DNA of 64,000 bases from a virus: the IMG/VR virus record IMGVR_UViG_3300007351_000587; one strand, given 5' to 3'. The translations under genes were made by a program, and so were the position numbers. Below are positions 28,779 to 38,250 of this stretch, in pieces. The stretch's first letter is position 1. The number at the start of each line of letters is the position of its first letter. Below the pieces are notes generated by a model. That model made no database searches, was not told where the DNA came from, and was given only the letters and a program-made list of their open reading frames with translations.

Positions 28779-29108
28779 ATGGGCAATTATTATACGGGTT
28801 GGACCAGTTTTATGCCACGGCCTGGTACCGTGGATAAAAAGGATTGTCCTGTGTGTGGGGTGGGGATGAAGGTAAAAAGAAACTGTAACGGACCTACATC
28901 TTCTATTGGTGCTCAATTTGGACAAAAAACTCTCCATGATTGGTTTTATTGTGAAGATTCTGATTCAAATTGGCATATACAAGCAATGAAATTGATGCAA
29001 GAGGCTGAAAAAACTCCCAGTATGGATTTACAAAAGATTTATGAGAAGGAGATAGCAAGGATTCTTAAAAATAAGAAAGCGACTAAGAAGGTATCTAAAC
29101 ACTTTTAA
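28779..29108 (+). CDS. Hypothetical protein (Zn-ribbon-like)
   Basis: CPVCG; ORF track. Confidence 0.6.
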   Translation: MGNYYTGWTSFMPRPGTVDKKDCPVCGVGMKVKRNCNGPTSSIGAQFGQKTLHDWFYCEDSDSNWHIQAMKLMQEAEKTPSMDLQKIYEKEIARILKNKKATKKVSKHF

Positions 29109-29121
29109 CAAGGAGTTAGTA

Positions 29122-29433
29122 ATGGCAAGGGAATTGACTGAGCAAGAGTGTCGTGATTTGTTTTTGGAGAAGGTGCGTTCTTATGTTGAATATTGGGAAA
29201 ACGAATCACGTACTCCGGACTTGCGTGGTAAGTTGGAAGGTCTTGCTTTTTCCATGATGGCCATTATAGATGGTTGTGCAGATGGACTGCCAGGATTCTC
29301 ACTAACTCCTTGTCCTCATCCCCAAGATAAGGAATTCCATCAAGAACACAATGAAAATTGGTGGCCAGAAAGCGATTGCGATATCGGTGGCACCTTACAT
29401 GAAGAAATCTTTTCAGAAAAGGTAATGTCATGA
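29122..29433 (+). CDS. Hypothetical protein
   Basis: AAGGAG SD; ORF track. Confidence 0.65.
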   Translation: MARELTEQECRDLFLEKVRSYVEYWENESRTPDLRGKLEGLAFSMMAIIDGCADGLPGFSLTPCPHPQDKEFHQEHNENWWPESDCDIGGTLHEEIFSEKVMS

Positions 29434-29645
29434 CCGAAGATAAGTTTCCAGAAATAGGTAGTAGATTTGTACCTAAAGATGCTCCTCCAAAGGGAGCAGA
29501 AGTTAGGGAAGTAACGAAGAATCTTAAGAAGTCTGATGGATATGTAACAGATGCTGTTAGTTCTAAACCTGTGAAAAATATTCAAAATCCGAGTACTAAT
29601 TTTATTCCATTGAGTGATTTCAATAAGAACTACAAATTGATTTAG
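29430..29645 (+). CDS. Hypothetical protein
   Basis: ORF track. Confidence 0.55.
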   Translation: MTEDKFPEIGSRFVPKDAPPKGAEVREVTKNLKKSDGYVTDAVSSKPVKNIQNPSTNFIPLSDFNKNYKLI

Positions 29646-29675
29646 TGTTTTGTAATTTTATCAAAGGAGTTTTAA

Positions 29676-30173
29676 ATGGCTGCTGCTAAGAAAGAAGAGA
29701 ATGACGTTGTTGAGATTAAGAAGAATCCTGTAGATCCTTCCAAGATCAAAAAGAATGATTTGATGTATTTTGTGTATGCTGGTTTTGTTGAGCAGATTGA
29801 AAGGTCGGGTACTTTGTTGGGTGTAAAGTGGGTAGATAAGCCTGAAGGCTTCCGAGTTGATGGTAAGGAATTGGTGGTTAATGCGTATTCCGCTGATCAG
29901 TATACTGAGGAAAAGAAGGTTAATCAGACCGAATGTATTGATCGTTTGATGGTTAGTTTTAACCGGCCATTTACTGTTTGTTGGGATACTAAGGATACTG
30001 AAAACCGCGAACTCCGTGGCAAGTTGATCAGTTCTGATCCCAAGCGTGGTTATAGTATGGTGGAAGATATGGATGTTGATGGTCCAGCCTACAAGCGTAT
30101 CCGCCAGGTTGATCACCGCACTCTTCATTGGTTAATTGTGGACGGTACCAAGTTTGTAGTTGGTAGGAAGTAA
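29676..30173 (+). CDS. Hypothetical protein
   Basis: AAGGAG SD; ORF track. Confidence 0.7.
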   Translation: MAAAKKEENDVVEIKKNPVDPSKIKKNDLMYFVYAGFVEQIERSGTLLGVKWVDKPEGFRVDGKELVVNAYSADQYTEEKKVNQTECIDRLMVSFNRPFTVCWDTKDTENRELRGKLISSDPKRGYSMVEDMDVDGPAYKRIRQVDHRTLHWLIVDGTKFVVGRK

Positions 30174-30262
30174 CCAAACAAACAACAAACGGACTAAAAG
30201 GGAAGAAGTCGGACAAAATAGCCGATGATCTTGAGGAAGTAACTCCTCCTGTTTGTTGGTAT

Positions 30263-30345
30263 GGCATTGTGGCGGAATAGCAGACGCGCTGGTCTCAAGA
30301 ACCAGTTTCCGAAAGGAAGTGTGGGTGCAACTCCCACCAATGCTA
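30263..30345 (+). tRNA. tRNA-Leu(CAA)
   Basis: CTGGT-CTCAAGA-ACCAG; long variable arm; GTGGG-TGCAACT-CCCAC; A73. Confidence 0.88.
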
Positions 30346-30352
30346 CTAAATA

Positions 30353-30535
30353 TTGGAGAATATTATGAATGAATTTGAAGAGTGGTGGAAGAACAATGGA
30401 GAAAATGTTGCATTCATGGTGTCTATAGAATGGGGAGTGCCTGAAGATGTGTTTAAAAAGATAGCTCAAAAAGCTTGGGATGCTGCTAGAGTTGGTGAAT
30501 ATGATGGTGTAATTCCTCCTCGGAGTGATAAATGA
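30353..30535 (+). CDS. Small hypothetical protein
   Basis: ORF track. Confidence 0.5.
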   Translation: MENIMNEFEEWWKNNGENVAFMVSIEWGVPEDVFKKIAQKAWDAARVGEYDGVIPPRSDK

Positions 30536-31512
30536 AGCGTTTTATTTCGTTGGCACTAGCTGCTCTGTTACTATTACCTGTTGATGTATTTGCAGGTAAA
30601 GGTGGGGGTGGTGGACGTAGTTTTAGTGGTGGTGGAAGATCTTCTTTCTCTCCACCAAGACCTTCTGTCAGACCAAGTGTAGCACCTCGGCCTTCAATAA
30701 CCCCCAGGCCTAGTGTTGCTCCTAAACCATCAGTAGCACCAAAACCAGCAGCTGGTAGATCGTTTAGTGGTGGAAGTGTTGTTAAGCCTTCTCCATCTCC
30801 TTCTAAGGGGAATGTTAGTCCAAGTGTTAAACCTAAATCTGTAACTATAGATATGAAAGCAATAAGGGATCAAGGGACTGTTCAGAGTCGTGAAGCATAT
30901 AAAGCATCTTTAAATAAGGGCACTACACCAAAACCTTCTTATACCAATAGTGGTGGTAAAACTATTAATATCGACCCAAAAGACAAGAAAGTTGAATCCA
31001 TAAGAAATATGGATTCTCATAAATATTCAACCAGGGAAACTAGAAGTACCACTATATACAAGAATTACTATAATCGACCTCCTTTGTTTAATCCAGGATC
31101 TAATTTTGCTGACCCATTCAATATGTGGTTTTTTATGTGGTTAATGGAGAAATCTTCTAATGATAGAGCTACATGGGTATACCATCACAAAGATCAAATG
31201 GACCCAGAAAGGTATAAGCAATTGGTTGGCAAGGATGCAGAACTGGAAGCAAAAATCAGAAAGCTTGAAAAGGAGGGAGTTAAGAAAGATCCAAATTACA
31301 CACCAGCCGGAATTGATCCAGACTTGCAATATGATGATGATTTTGTAGATGCTGCAATTAATCCTCATAAGGAAGTTAAATCATCTTCATCAGATGATGA
31401 ATCAGGTGGTTGGGGTGGTTTTTGTTGTTGGTCTATTGTGATAATACTCCTCGTTGGAGTTGTTATTTGGGCTATGTTTGTGTTAGAGATTGATTTTGAT
31501 GATTTTAATTAA
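30532..31512 (+). CDS. Exported/membrane protein with Gly/Pro/Ser low-complexity repeats and a C-terminal TM helix
   Basis: Signal peptide MKRFISLALAALLLLP; (R/K)PSVAP repeats; WSIVIILLVGVVIWAMFV. Confidence 0.78.
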   Translation: MKRFISLALAALLLLPVDVFAGKGGGGGRSFSGGGRSSFSPPRPSVRPSVAPRPSITPRPSVAPKPSVAPKPAAGRSFSGGSVVKPSPSPSKGNVSPSVKPKSVTIDMKAIRDQGTVQSREAYKASLNKGTTPKPSYTNSGGKTINIDPKDKKVESIRNMDSHKYSTRETRSTTIYKNYYNRPPLFNPGSNFADPFNMWFFMWLMEKSSNDRATWVYHHKDQMDPERYKQLVGKDAELEAKIRKLEKEGVKKDPNYTPAGIDPDLQYDDDFVDAAINPHKEVKSSSSDDESGGWGGFCCWSIVIILLVGVVIWAMFVLEIDFDDFN

Positions 31513-31757
31513 TGGAGGATTGTGAAATGTTTGCAATGTTGAATTGGGACCAGGTTGGTCCTGCTGCCATGACTAGTGTAGTATTTGCAATGGTTGGATT
31601 GGGGCTTTTGGGAATTGGTTATGAGTTGTTAGATTTGTTGTTGTTTCGTAAGATGTGTTTTACCGAGGAATTGAAGAAGGGCAATACTGCTCTTGCTATG
31701 GTAATTTCCGCTTTTATTCTTGCAATGTCATTGATTATTTATGGCGTCACTAATTAG
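31512..31757 (+). CDS. DUF350-like small membrane protein
   Basis: Two TM helices; EELKKGNTALAMVISA. Confidence 0.75.
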   Translation: MEDCEMFAMLNWDQVGPAAMTSVVFAMVGLGLLGIGYELLDLLLFRKMCFTEELKKGNTALAMVISAFILAMSLIIYGVTN

Positions 31758-31824
31758 TTGTTGGGGCCGGGACAGTAGTGTGGGGTAGTTCAAACTACCC
31801 CACACTTTTAAAATAGGATTTAAG

Positions 31825-32412
31825 ATGAAACAAACATTGTGGCAATGGTTGACTACTCCTAAACCAGTAGTAGAACCAAGAGTTCCATTCAATCCATTAG
31901 AATTGGGACCCAAGAACTTTGTAACAATCAAATTTTCTGATTTTGACGACAAGATGTATGTGGTAACGTCAGTACAAGAACTGACAAGAAAAATTAATGG
32001 CAATGAACACAAGTTTGCTGATTATTTTTTAGAATATGAAATTAAGCTAAGAGCATATCCAGAGGGTCAAATTCTGGCTCTTAAAAGAATCGAAGATTTG
32101 GAGTACAACGAAGAAGTACATGAGATATGTAAAAGTGGCTCTGAATTCACTATTACTGATCACGATAATAACGATGAGCAATCTACTTATTGGAGGATTG
32201 GTGATGTAAAGAATAGCCACAATTGTACTGTGTTTGTGGGTAGCGGAGGTAAGGATTTTAAGATGGAGTATTGGGATTACTCTAGAATAACAAAGGATGA
32301 AGCTGATCAAGATGTTGAAGAATATTTGTTTATAGAAATGGACAAAGATAGTGGTAGGTTCCAAATGTGGCTTGGTAAACAGATTGGTAAGGATAGACTG
32401 TCGATTATTTAA
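31825..32412 (+). CDS. DUF2491/DUF4178-like beta-rich protein
   Basis: EYWDYSR...LFIEMDKDSG; context with PspA and DUF350. Confidence 0.5.
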   Translation: MKQTLWQWLTTPKPVVEPRVPFNPLELGPKNFVTIKFSDFDDKMYVVTSVQELTRKINGNEHKFADYFLEYEIKLRAYPEGQILALKRIEDLEYNEEVHEICKSGSEFTITDHDNNDEQSTYWRIGDVKNSHNCTVFVGSGGKDFKMEYWDYSRITKDEADQDVEEYLFIEMDKDSGRFQMWLGKQIGKDRLSII

Positions 32413-32434
32413 CCATTCTTAGAAGGAGTTTGAG

Positions 32435-33184
32435 ATGAGTGTTGTACTGACTGTAACTATTGGGTTGGTTGTTGGGTTTGCTATTGTTGCTTTTGTTATG
32501 TTCTTTTTGGATAAGGGAGCATTGAAGAAGATTTTAGATTTAGGAAGGATTAAAGTGGGTGATCTTGGTGACGCCGCAGGTAGTGTTGATCCTGTAGGTG
32601 TTTTGAAGTTGCGTAGAAAGGAAGAGGCTGCTAAGTTGGCAGAAAACGTTCGTAAGTTAAAGAGTGCTCAAGGTGATTTAGAAACGCTTGATCGTCAGAT
32701 TAGTGAGAATAGAAGCCAGATGGCTGTATATGAAGCTAGAATTCGTTCTGCTCAAAATCTGAACAATCAGCAACGCGCTGAGGATGCTGCTCTTTCTTTA
32801 GCACATGAACGGAAGCAGGAAGTTAAGAATGTAGCCCAGAGAGATAAACTCAAGGCTAAGTTTGACGAGTATGAAACCATGATTAAGCATATTGGTAATT
32901 CTTTGAAAGATTTAGACAGAGAAGCTGCTATGCTTGGCGCAGAGTTGGAGACTAGTGAGCTTGAGAAGAATTTGTCTGAGACACTGTCTGGTATTAATGT
33001 AAGTGTGAATGCTGGCGGTATTGCTGAAGCTAGAGAAAATATCAAGCGAGCAATTGATAAGAACCGTGGAGCAGTCAAGGTAGAAGCAAGTTTGAACGGT
33101 AGCTACCTTGATGAAATTGCAGAACAAGAGGAAATGCGTAGAATGGAAGCCCAGAAGATTCTCAAGGAGTTTGAGAACAAGTAA
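32435..33184 (+). CDS. PspA/IM30-family coiled-coil protein with N-terminal TM anchor
   Basis: DPVGVL followed by a long helical coiled coil, terminal ILKEFE; hydrophobic N-terminus. Confidence 0.72.
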   Translation: MSVVLTVTIGLVVGFAIVAFVMFFLDKGALKKILDLGRIKVGDLGDAAGSVDPVGVLKLRRKEEAAKLAENVRKLKSAQGDLETLDRQISENRSQMAVYEARIRSAQNLNNQQRAEDAALSLAHERKQEVKNVAQRDKLKAKFDEYETMIKHIGNSLKDLDREAAMLGAELETSELEKNLSETLSGINVSVNAGGIAEARENIKRAIDKNRGAVKVEASLNGSYLDEIAEQEEMRRMEAQKILKEFENK

Positions 33185-33192
33185 GTGATATT

Positions 33193-33262
33193 GGGAATAT
33201 GGGTAACTACTGTAATCGGAACAACGGACAACCTACAGCTAGTGCCCATATTCCCGTTTTTT
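33193..33262 (+). terminator. Long bulged hairpin with U-tail (terminator or small RNA)
   Basis: GGGAATATGGG/CCCATATTCCC 11 bp plus ACTA-CTGTA/TACAG-C-TAGT, then T6. Confidence 0.65.
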
Positions 33263-33279
33263 ATTCTTAGGAGTTTACT

Positions 33280-33612
33280 ATGAACAATAATCGTAGAACC
33301 TTTTTGCGGACGCTGGGAGCCTCTCTACCACTTCTGACAACCGGAAGCCTAGCTTTAGGGGCCGAAGTTGAGGAAGAGTCTCCTAGAGAGTGGCAGATAT
33401 TTAGAATTAGTAAAGATGGATTTTGGGAAGAAATTAAATGGGAATCTATTAGAGAAAAAGATGATGTAATTGCTTTGGGACTAGTTGATGGAAAACTTGA
33501 ATTCTTAGAAAGATGGGAGGTTGTAGAGTTGAATAAAGATAATTCAGTCACGATTAGTGACAAAATTGATTTGTTAGGTTCATTTCCAAATACAACTCGT
33601 CCTGTTAAGTGA
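33280..33612 (+). CDS. Hypothetical protein with Tat-like leader
   Basis: NRRTFLRTLGASL...ALGA. Confidence 0.65.
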   Translation: MNNNRRTFLRTLGASLPLLTTGSLALGAEVEEESPREWQIFRISKDGFWEEIKWESIREKDDVIALGLVDGKLEFLERWEVVELNKDNSVTISDKIDLLGSFPNTTRPVK

Positions 33613-33620
33613 GAATATGA

Positions 33621-33824
33621 ATGAAACAACGTCGTTTCTTCTACCATTTCAGGAAGAATACGAAAGGGATGACAGTTCATTTTAAAGGGAAGTGTATAGC
33701 TTGTTGGGATGTAAAATGTTTGGTTCCATGTGAAACCAAACGAAATAAAAGACAACCGTTTTTGGTTATGCAGGGATTTGCTGATTCAGTTGAAATACAA
33801 AATGATATTGCGGTGATTAGGTGA
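33621..33824 (+). CDS. Small conserved phage hypothetical protein
   Basis: FFYHF...MTVHFKGKC...QP.LVMQG. Confidence 0.6.
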   Translation: MKQRRFFYHFRKNTKGMTVHFKGKCIACWDVKCLVPCETKRNKRQPFLVMQGFADSVEIQNDIAVIR

Positions 33825-33827
33825 AAT

Positions 33828-34163
33828 ATGATTTGGCTTAAACGGATTGGTTGGATGTCCCTTGGTGGCGTTTTAACGTTAGGATTGTATTTGTTTACAT
33901 TTACTGGCGAGTCAGAACTTTATTGGGAGAAGAAAACCATTAATGGATGGGGAGTTGACACTTGGAATTCTGGTAGATCTAAACAATGGTATGTAATAAT
34001 GGATGGTGGGCAAAGAGCTAATTGCCCAGTTTGGGTGTATGATAAACTTGAAAACCAGAATGGTAAGAAGGAAGTAAATTGGTGGTGTAAGTATGGATCA
34101 CCAACTTGGAAGATAGAAAAAGCATTTGTTTCTAAAATTGAACCAGTTGCTCCAAAGGAATAA
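33828..34163 (+). CDS. Membrane-anchored hypothetical protein
   Basis: N-terminal TM segment. Confidence 0.6.
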   Translation: MIWLKRIGWMSLGGVLTLGLYLFTFTGESELYWEKKTINGWGVDTWNSGRSKQWYVIMDGGQRANCPVWVYDKLENQNGKKEVNWWCKYGSPTWKIEKAFVSKIEPVAPKE

Positions 34164-34165
34164 TA

Positions 34166-34654
34166 ATGTCGTTAGAAGAGTCTGAAAAAAACAAACGTTA
34201 TTTGAAAATGGCTGTTGTTTGTCGAAAAGATCTAAATATGCCTACTGGTAAGTTCGGAGCTATGATGTGTCATGCTGGCAAGTCGTTTATATTGCCAAGA
34301 TTACAGTTATGGGAAAATAAATTTGATGATGTGTCTGAATCTGGCATAACAGGGGTTGTTCATGGTTTAAAGTTTCACGCCAACAAAGATGAAATACAAT
34401 GGCTAACTGAACTTGATCCGGGTTTGGAGGAACATGGTCAAGTATCAATGGCTGCTGTAATACTGGCTGTAAATTCATTAGAAGAGTTATTAGAAGTTGA
34501 AAAGGAGGCTGAGAAACACAAATTGATTAATCACAGAGTTATAGATTCAGGGTATTCACACAATAAACCAAACACGTTTGTTTGTTTAGCTATTGGACCA
34601 CATTGGCCGGAACAACTACAACCAGTAACAGGACATTTGAAACGATACAGATGA
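34166..34654 (+). CDS. pth2: Peptidyl-tRNA hydrolase, Pth2-like
   Basis: VCRKDLNMPTGK...CHAG...VIDSG...LAIGP. Confidence 0.8.
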   Translation: MSLEESEKNKRYLKMAVVCRKDLNMPTGKFGAMMCHAGKSFILPRLQLWENKFDDVSESGITGVVHGLKFHANKDEIQWLTELDPGLEEHGQVSMAAVILAVNSLEELLEVEKEAEKHKLINHRVIDSGYSHNKPNTFVCLAIGPHWPEQLQPVTGHLKRYR

Positions 34655-34965
34655 AACTACGTCAAGCCATTAAAATATGTAATGAACTATTTCGTTATGA
34701 AAACAAGTATATGGATAGGCAGTTTCGGAAGAAGCGTAAGCGCAGTCAAATAGATGCTGCTATAAGATGTTGTAGAAAAAATAGAAGACGTTGTTGGCAT
34801 AAAAGAATTCCATATATTCCTTCTGACTCTGAACAACATGAGCAGGCTGAAATACTTGGTTGTTTGATGTTAGATTTTGCTAAAATGATGGGTGTTCCAG
34901 AAGAGGAAGTTGAAGCTAAGAAGGAAGAGTTTTTAATTGAAATGGATAAATGTAAACCAGAATAA
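34651..34965 (+). CDS. Basic hypothetical protein
   Basis: ATGA overlap; ORF track. Confidence 0.5.
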   Translation: MKLRQAIKICNELFRYENKYMDRQFRKKRKRSQIDAAIRCCRKNRRRCWHKRIPYIPSDSEQHEQAEILGCLMLDFAKMMGVPEEEVEAKKEEFLIEMDKCKPE

Positions 34966-34976
34966 ATGAGGTAAAT

Positions 34977-35189
34977 ATGACAAGTCGTGAATTTTGTTAT
35001 TGGTTGCAGGGCTATTTTGAGATTCGGGAGAATTCACCATCTGCAAATTTCTTGAATGCAGAGCAGATGGATTGTATCAAAAAGCATTTAGCTATGGTAT
35101 TTCACCATGAAATAGACCCAAGCTATGCTGATAGTGCTACTTTAAATAACATACATCATTCTTCTGGTGAGACCCTAATGAGGTGTTAG
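34977..35189 (+). CDS. Small conserved phage hypothetical protein
   Basis: FCYWLQGYFE motif. Confidence 0.65.
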   Translation: MTSREFCYWLQGYFEIRENSPSANFLNAEQMDCIKKHLAMVFHHEIDPSYADSATLNNIHHSSGETLMRC

Positions 35190-35387
35190 ATGGAACGAAA
35201 AAGACCTAAATGTGGAAGATGTAAAGGACCATTGGATATATGGCTTGATCCAGATACTGGGATTAATTTGGAATGTAATAATCCAAAACCAATGTATACA
35301 GATAAAGAGTTTTGGGAACGATTTGATAGTCTTGATGGAGATGATGTAGTCAAATTGTTAAAATGGTATGATTTTGGAGTAATATAA
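35190..35387 (+). CDS. Hypothetical protein
   Basis: ORF track. Confidence 0.5.
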   Translation: MERKRPKCGRCKGPLDIWLDPDTGINLECNNPKPMYTDKEFWERFDSLDGDDVVKLLKWYDFGVI

Positions 35388-35873
35388 ATGTGTATGACAA
35401 ATGATCCGGTTGCCGTTAAAAAACTCCTCCGAATAAAGCAAAAGTTTGTTTGGGGATATAAAGTGTTGAGAAAATATGATGAAGGTGGGAGATATCGTGG
35501 TGGGGTGTGGGAGAGCGGCGCTAGTTTGTCTTCGCCATATTTTGATTACTATGAATGGAAACCAGGTGTAAACAAATCTAATTCACGGATGAAAGATGTT
35601 TGTACATCAAGGAAAGATATATATAAGGGAATTCATGTATATTTGGTTAAAGATATTGCAATGAGAGAGAAAGACAATTATGAAGTTATTGTTAAAGTTA
35701 AATGCGAATTGAAAGATTTGTTAGGTGCTAAGTTTCATGGAGAAGACATCACCAAATATCAACGAGCAGTATTTAGACAAGTATACCTCCCTAATACTGA
35801 ATATTGTAAAGCAATGGGGTTACCATATAGGAAACGTAATAGAAGTAAAGTTGCTTTTATATTTGATGAATAA
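35388..35873 (+). CDS. Hypothetical protein
   Basis: ORF track. Confidence 0.6.
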   Translation: MCMTNDPVAVKKLLRIKQKFVWGYKVLRKYDEGGRYRGGVWESGASLSSPYFDYYEWKPGVNKSNSRMKDVCTSRKDIYKGIHVYLVKDIAMREKDNYEVIVKVKCELKDLLGAKFHGEDITKYQRAVFRQVYLPNTEYCKAMGLPYRKRNRSKVAFIFDE

Positions 35874-35879
35874 CTGACG

Positions 35880-35952
35880 CCTGCTGTCGTCTAAATGGTT
35901 AAGACACAGGATTGTGGCTCCTGGAATTTGGATTCGAGTTCCAACAGCAGGA
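35880..35952 (+). tRNA. tRNA-His(GTG)
   Basis: CCTGCTG/CAGCAGG; CAGGA-TTGTGGC-TCCTG; TTGGA-TTCGAGT-TCCAA. Confidence 0.85.
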
Positions 35953-35964
35953 CTGGAGAAAAAT

Positions 35965-36201
35965 ATGAAACCTTGTATTACAACTTGTCATTGTGGATTG
36001 GATTTGTTTTGTCCAACTCCTGGATCATTACATGGTGAGGGTTCAGGAAATCATTGGTGGTCGGGGTGGCCAGGCGCATATTGTATGAAATGCCACCAGG
36101 AAGATCCCAGAGAACTATGTTTAGCTGACAGCTGTAAATGTCATTGTCATGATGAAGTGTGGGAATTGTTAGAACAGCAATATGAACTGGAAGAAAATTG
36201 A
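35965..36201 (+). CDS. Cys/His-rich small protein
   Basis: GGAG SD before ATG 35965; the track start lies inside tRNA-His. Confidence 0.55.
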   Translation: MKPCITTCHCGLDLFCPTPGSLHGEGSGNHWWSGWPGAYCMKCHQEDPRELCLADSCKCHCHDEVWELLEQQYELEEN

Positions 36202-36410
36202 ATCACAAAACCAAACTACATATAACTTTTGGTTGTTTGTATGAAGGAGTGTTGGGTGGCGGGGCAACATTTAGTATTTTGTTTTGGAGTATTTTAAACA
36301 TAGTATTTGGTTTCAATAGTTATTTGGTATTTGGAATGATGGCATACAATTTGGTTTGTATTATCACACAAGTGATAGTAATGGACTACATAATCAATAA
36401 AGAATTTTAA
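36198..36410 (+). CDS. Small membrane protein
   Basis: Two hydrophobic stretches. Confidence 0.5.
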   Translation: MNHKTKLHITFGCLYEGVLGGGATFSILFWSILNIVFGFNSYLVFGMMAYNLVCIITQVIVMDYIINKEF

Positions 36411-36484
36411 CCAAATCTAAACCTGTTCTTAACCCAAACATATTCAAATATAGGAGGTATTACCACTTTATTCCGAGATTCAAA

Positions 36485-37156
36485 ATGAAAACACTGATCA
36501 TTAGTGATCTTCATTTGGGTGCAAATAATAGTCAAACTGATAAAATACAAGAAATACTAACTACTGATTTTGATAGATTGATTTTGAATGGTGATACAAT
36601 TGATAATTTGAATTTCAAGAGATTTAAGAAACATCACTGGTTAGTGTTAGAAAAGCTTAGTGAATTAGGATCAGATGGTAGGGCGGTTTTGGTTAAAGGC
36701 AATCATGATAACCAAACTAAAAAGGGTGAATCTAAAAACACGTTTGATATCCTTCCTAAAATAATTGGGACTGCATTTGTTGATGAGACAATAATTGAAG
36801 GTGATTTTGGCAGATATTTGGTGTTACATGGTGATAGATTTGATCCAACATTAAATTTTCCTATAATAACAGATGCCGCTGATTGGTGTTATCAAGCTGC
36901 ACAAAAGTTGAATAAGAAAACAGCTAAGTGGTTAAAAAAGAAGGTCAAGCATCTGGGCGGTGTAATTAAATTTGTTGAACAACAAGCTACAAAATATGCT
37001 TTGGAAAAAGGTTGTAATGGTGTGATAACTGGACACACTCACTATCACGAAGATAGGGAAATCAATGGAGTAAGGTTTATCAACTGTGGTTCCTGGGTTG
37101 AAACCCCTTGTCACTATGTGAAGATCAGTTCAGAGGTAATGTTAAAGGAGTTCTAG
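36485..37156 (+). CDS. LpxH-like metallophosphoesterase
   Basis: ISDLHLG, LNGDTID, KGNHD, LHGDRFD, TGHTH, NCGSW. Confidence 0.85.
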   Translation: MKTLIISDLHLGANNSQTDKIQEILTTDFDRLILNGDTIDNLNFKRFKKHHWLVLEKLSELGSDGRAVLVKGNHDNQTKKGESKNTFDILPKIIGTAFVDETIIEGDFGRYLVLHGDRFDPTLNFPIITDAADWCYQAAQKLNKKTAKWLKKKVKHLGGVIKFVEQQATKYALEKGCNGVITGHTHYHEDREINGVRFINCGSWVETPCHYVKISSEVMLKEF

Positions 37157-37157
37157 A

Positions 37158-37958
37158 ATGCCAAGATATTTTGGTGAGATTTCTCCCGATGGTCTTCGGA
37201 AAAAGGTTGAAGAAGCCAAAGAAAAGTACAAAAGTCATCTAAAGGACTTGACTCCACAAGTAGAAAAAGATTTGTCTAAAGTTCAGTTTGATACTGAAAA
37301 TTTAGAAGATGGATCATATGGAGTTGGTTATGGTCCTGGTAAGGGTCTTGTAGGATACAACACTCTTCCAAATAATGGAATGGTGTATTTGGGAATTACG
37401 GCTGGTGGGGATTGGGAACATCCAATATTCTTCATTATTTATTGGGATGGTAAACAGTTAAGAGGATATATCCCAGAAAAGGGAAATACTTGGAATACAG
37501 ATACCAAACAGGCATATGGTAATGATTATAAAGCTGATGTGAAGAATTGTAAGAAGAGATGGCCAGAGTTATATAAGGACGTAGAATACAAAGAAGATGA
37601 ACATGGTCTTCCAATTGATGAAGATGACTTAGATCCTCCTCACAATACAGCTGAAATAATGGCTGATATAGCATCTAGAATCCTACCAAAGCCTGTGACA
37701 GCTAAAGAAAAGAAAGAAAAAGATAATAGAAGCATGTCTGAAAGATTAGAGGATTTGACTTATTATGGTACTGGTTGTGAAGGAGTAGAGTTGTTTCAAG
37801 CTCTTTGCTCAGCTTGTTATAAAATGTATGGAATTGGTGATCCAGAGAAAGCTGAATTATTGTATCAATGGGCTAAGGAAGATGCTGAAGCCTCTAAGCA
37901 ATGGTGTATTCAAGAGGGTTGGGATCTTAGTGATACTTGTAGTGGGAGTTGTTACTAA
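37158..37958 (+). CDS. Hypothetical protein
   Basis: AAGGAG SD; ORF track. Confidence 0.7.
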   Translation: MPRYFGEISPDGLRKKVEEAKEKYKSHLKDLTPQVEKDLSKVQFDTENLEDGSYGVGYGPGKGLVGYNTLPNNGMVYLGITAGGDWEHPIFFIIYWDGKQLRGYIPEKGNTWNTDTKQAYGNDYKADVKNCKKRWPELYKDVEYKEDEHGLPIDEDDLDPPHNTAEIMADIASRILPKPVTAKEKKEKDNRSMSERLEDLTYYGTGCEGVELFQALCSACYKMYGIGDPEKAELLYQWAKEDAEASKQWCIQEGWDLSDTCSGSCY

Positions 37959-38242
37959 TGACTGAATACAAAACTGTATATGAATTATTAGAAGACCCAA
38001 ACAGATGGTGTAAACAATATATGGCATTGAATAGTAAATTGAACCCAACTGGATGTAGAAATGAAGATGCTATTTGTTGGTGTGGCATGGGCGCAATAAT
38101 AAAAGTGTACAAGACCCAAGATGAGATTGATAAGATAATTGATAAAGTTTGTAAAGAAGTTGGGCATCGTAGTATTACTTATTGGAATGATTGTAATTCC
38201 CATAATAATGTTTACAATGTTTTTAAGAAACTTGGAATTTAA
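37958..38242 (+). CDS. Conserved phage hypothetical protein (DUF6197-like)
   Basis: RWC...CWCGMGAI...WND. Confidence 0.6.
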   Translation: MTEYKTVYELLEDPNRWCKQYMALNSKLNPTGCRNEDAICWCGMGAIIKVYKTQDEIDKIIDKVCKEVGHRSITYWNDCNSHNNVYNVFKKLGI

Positions 38243-38250
38243 ATTTCAGA

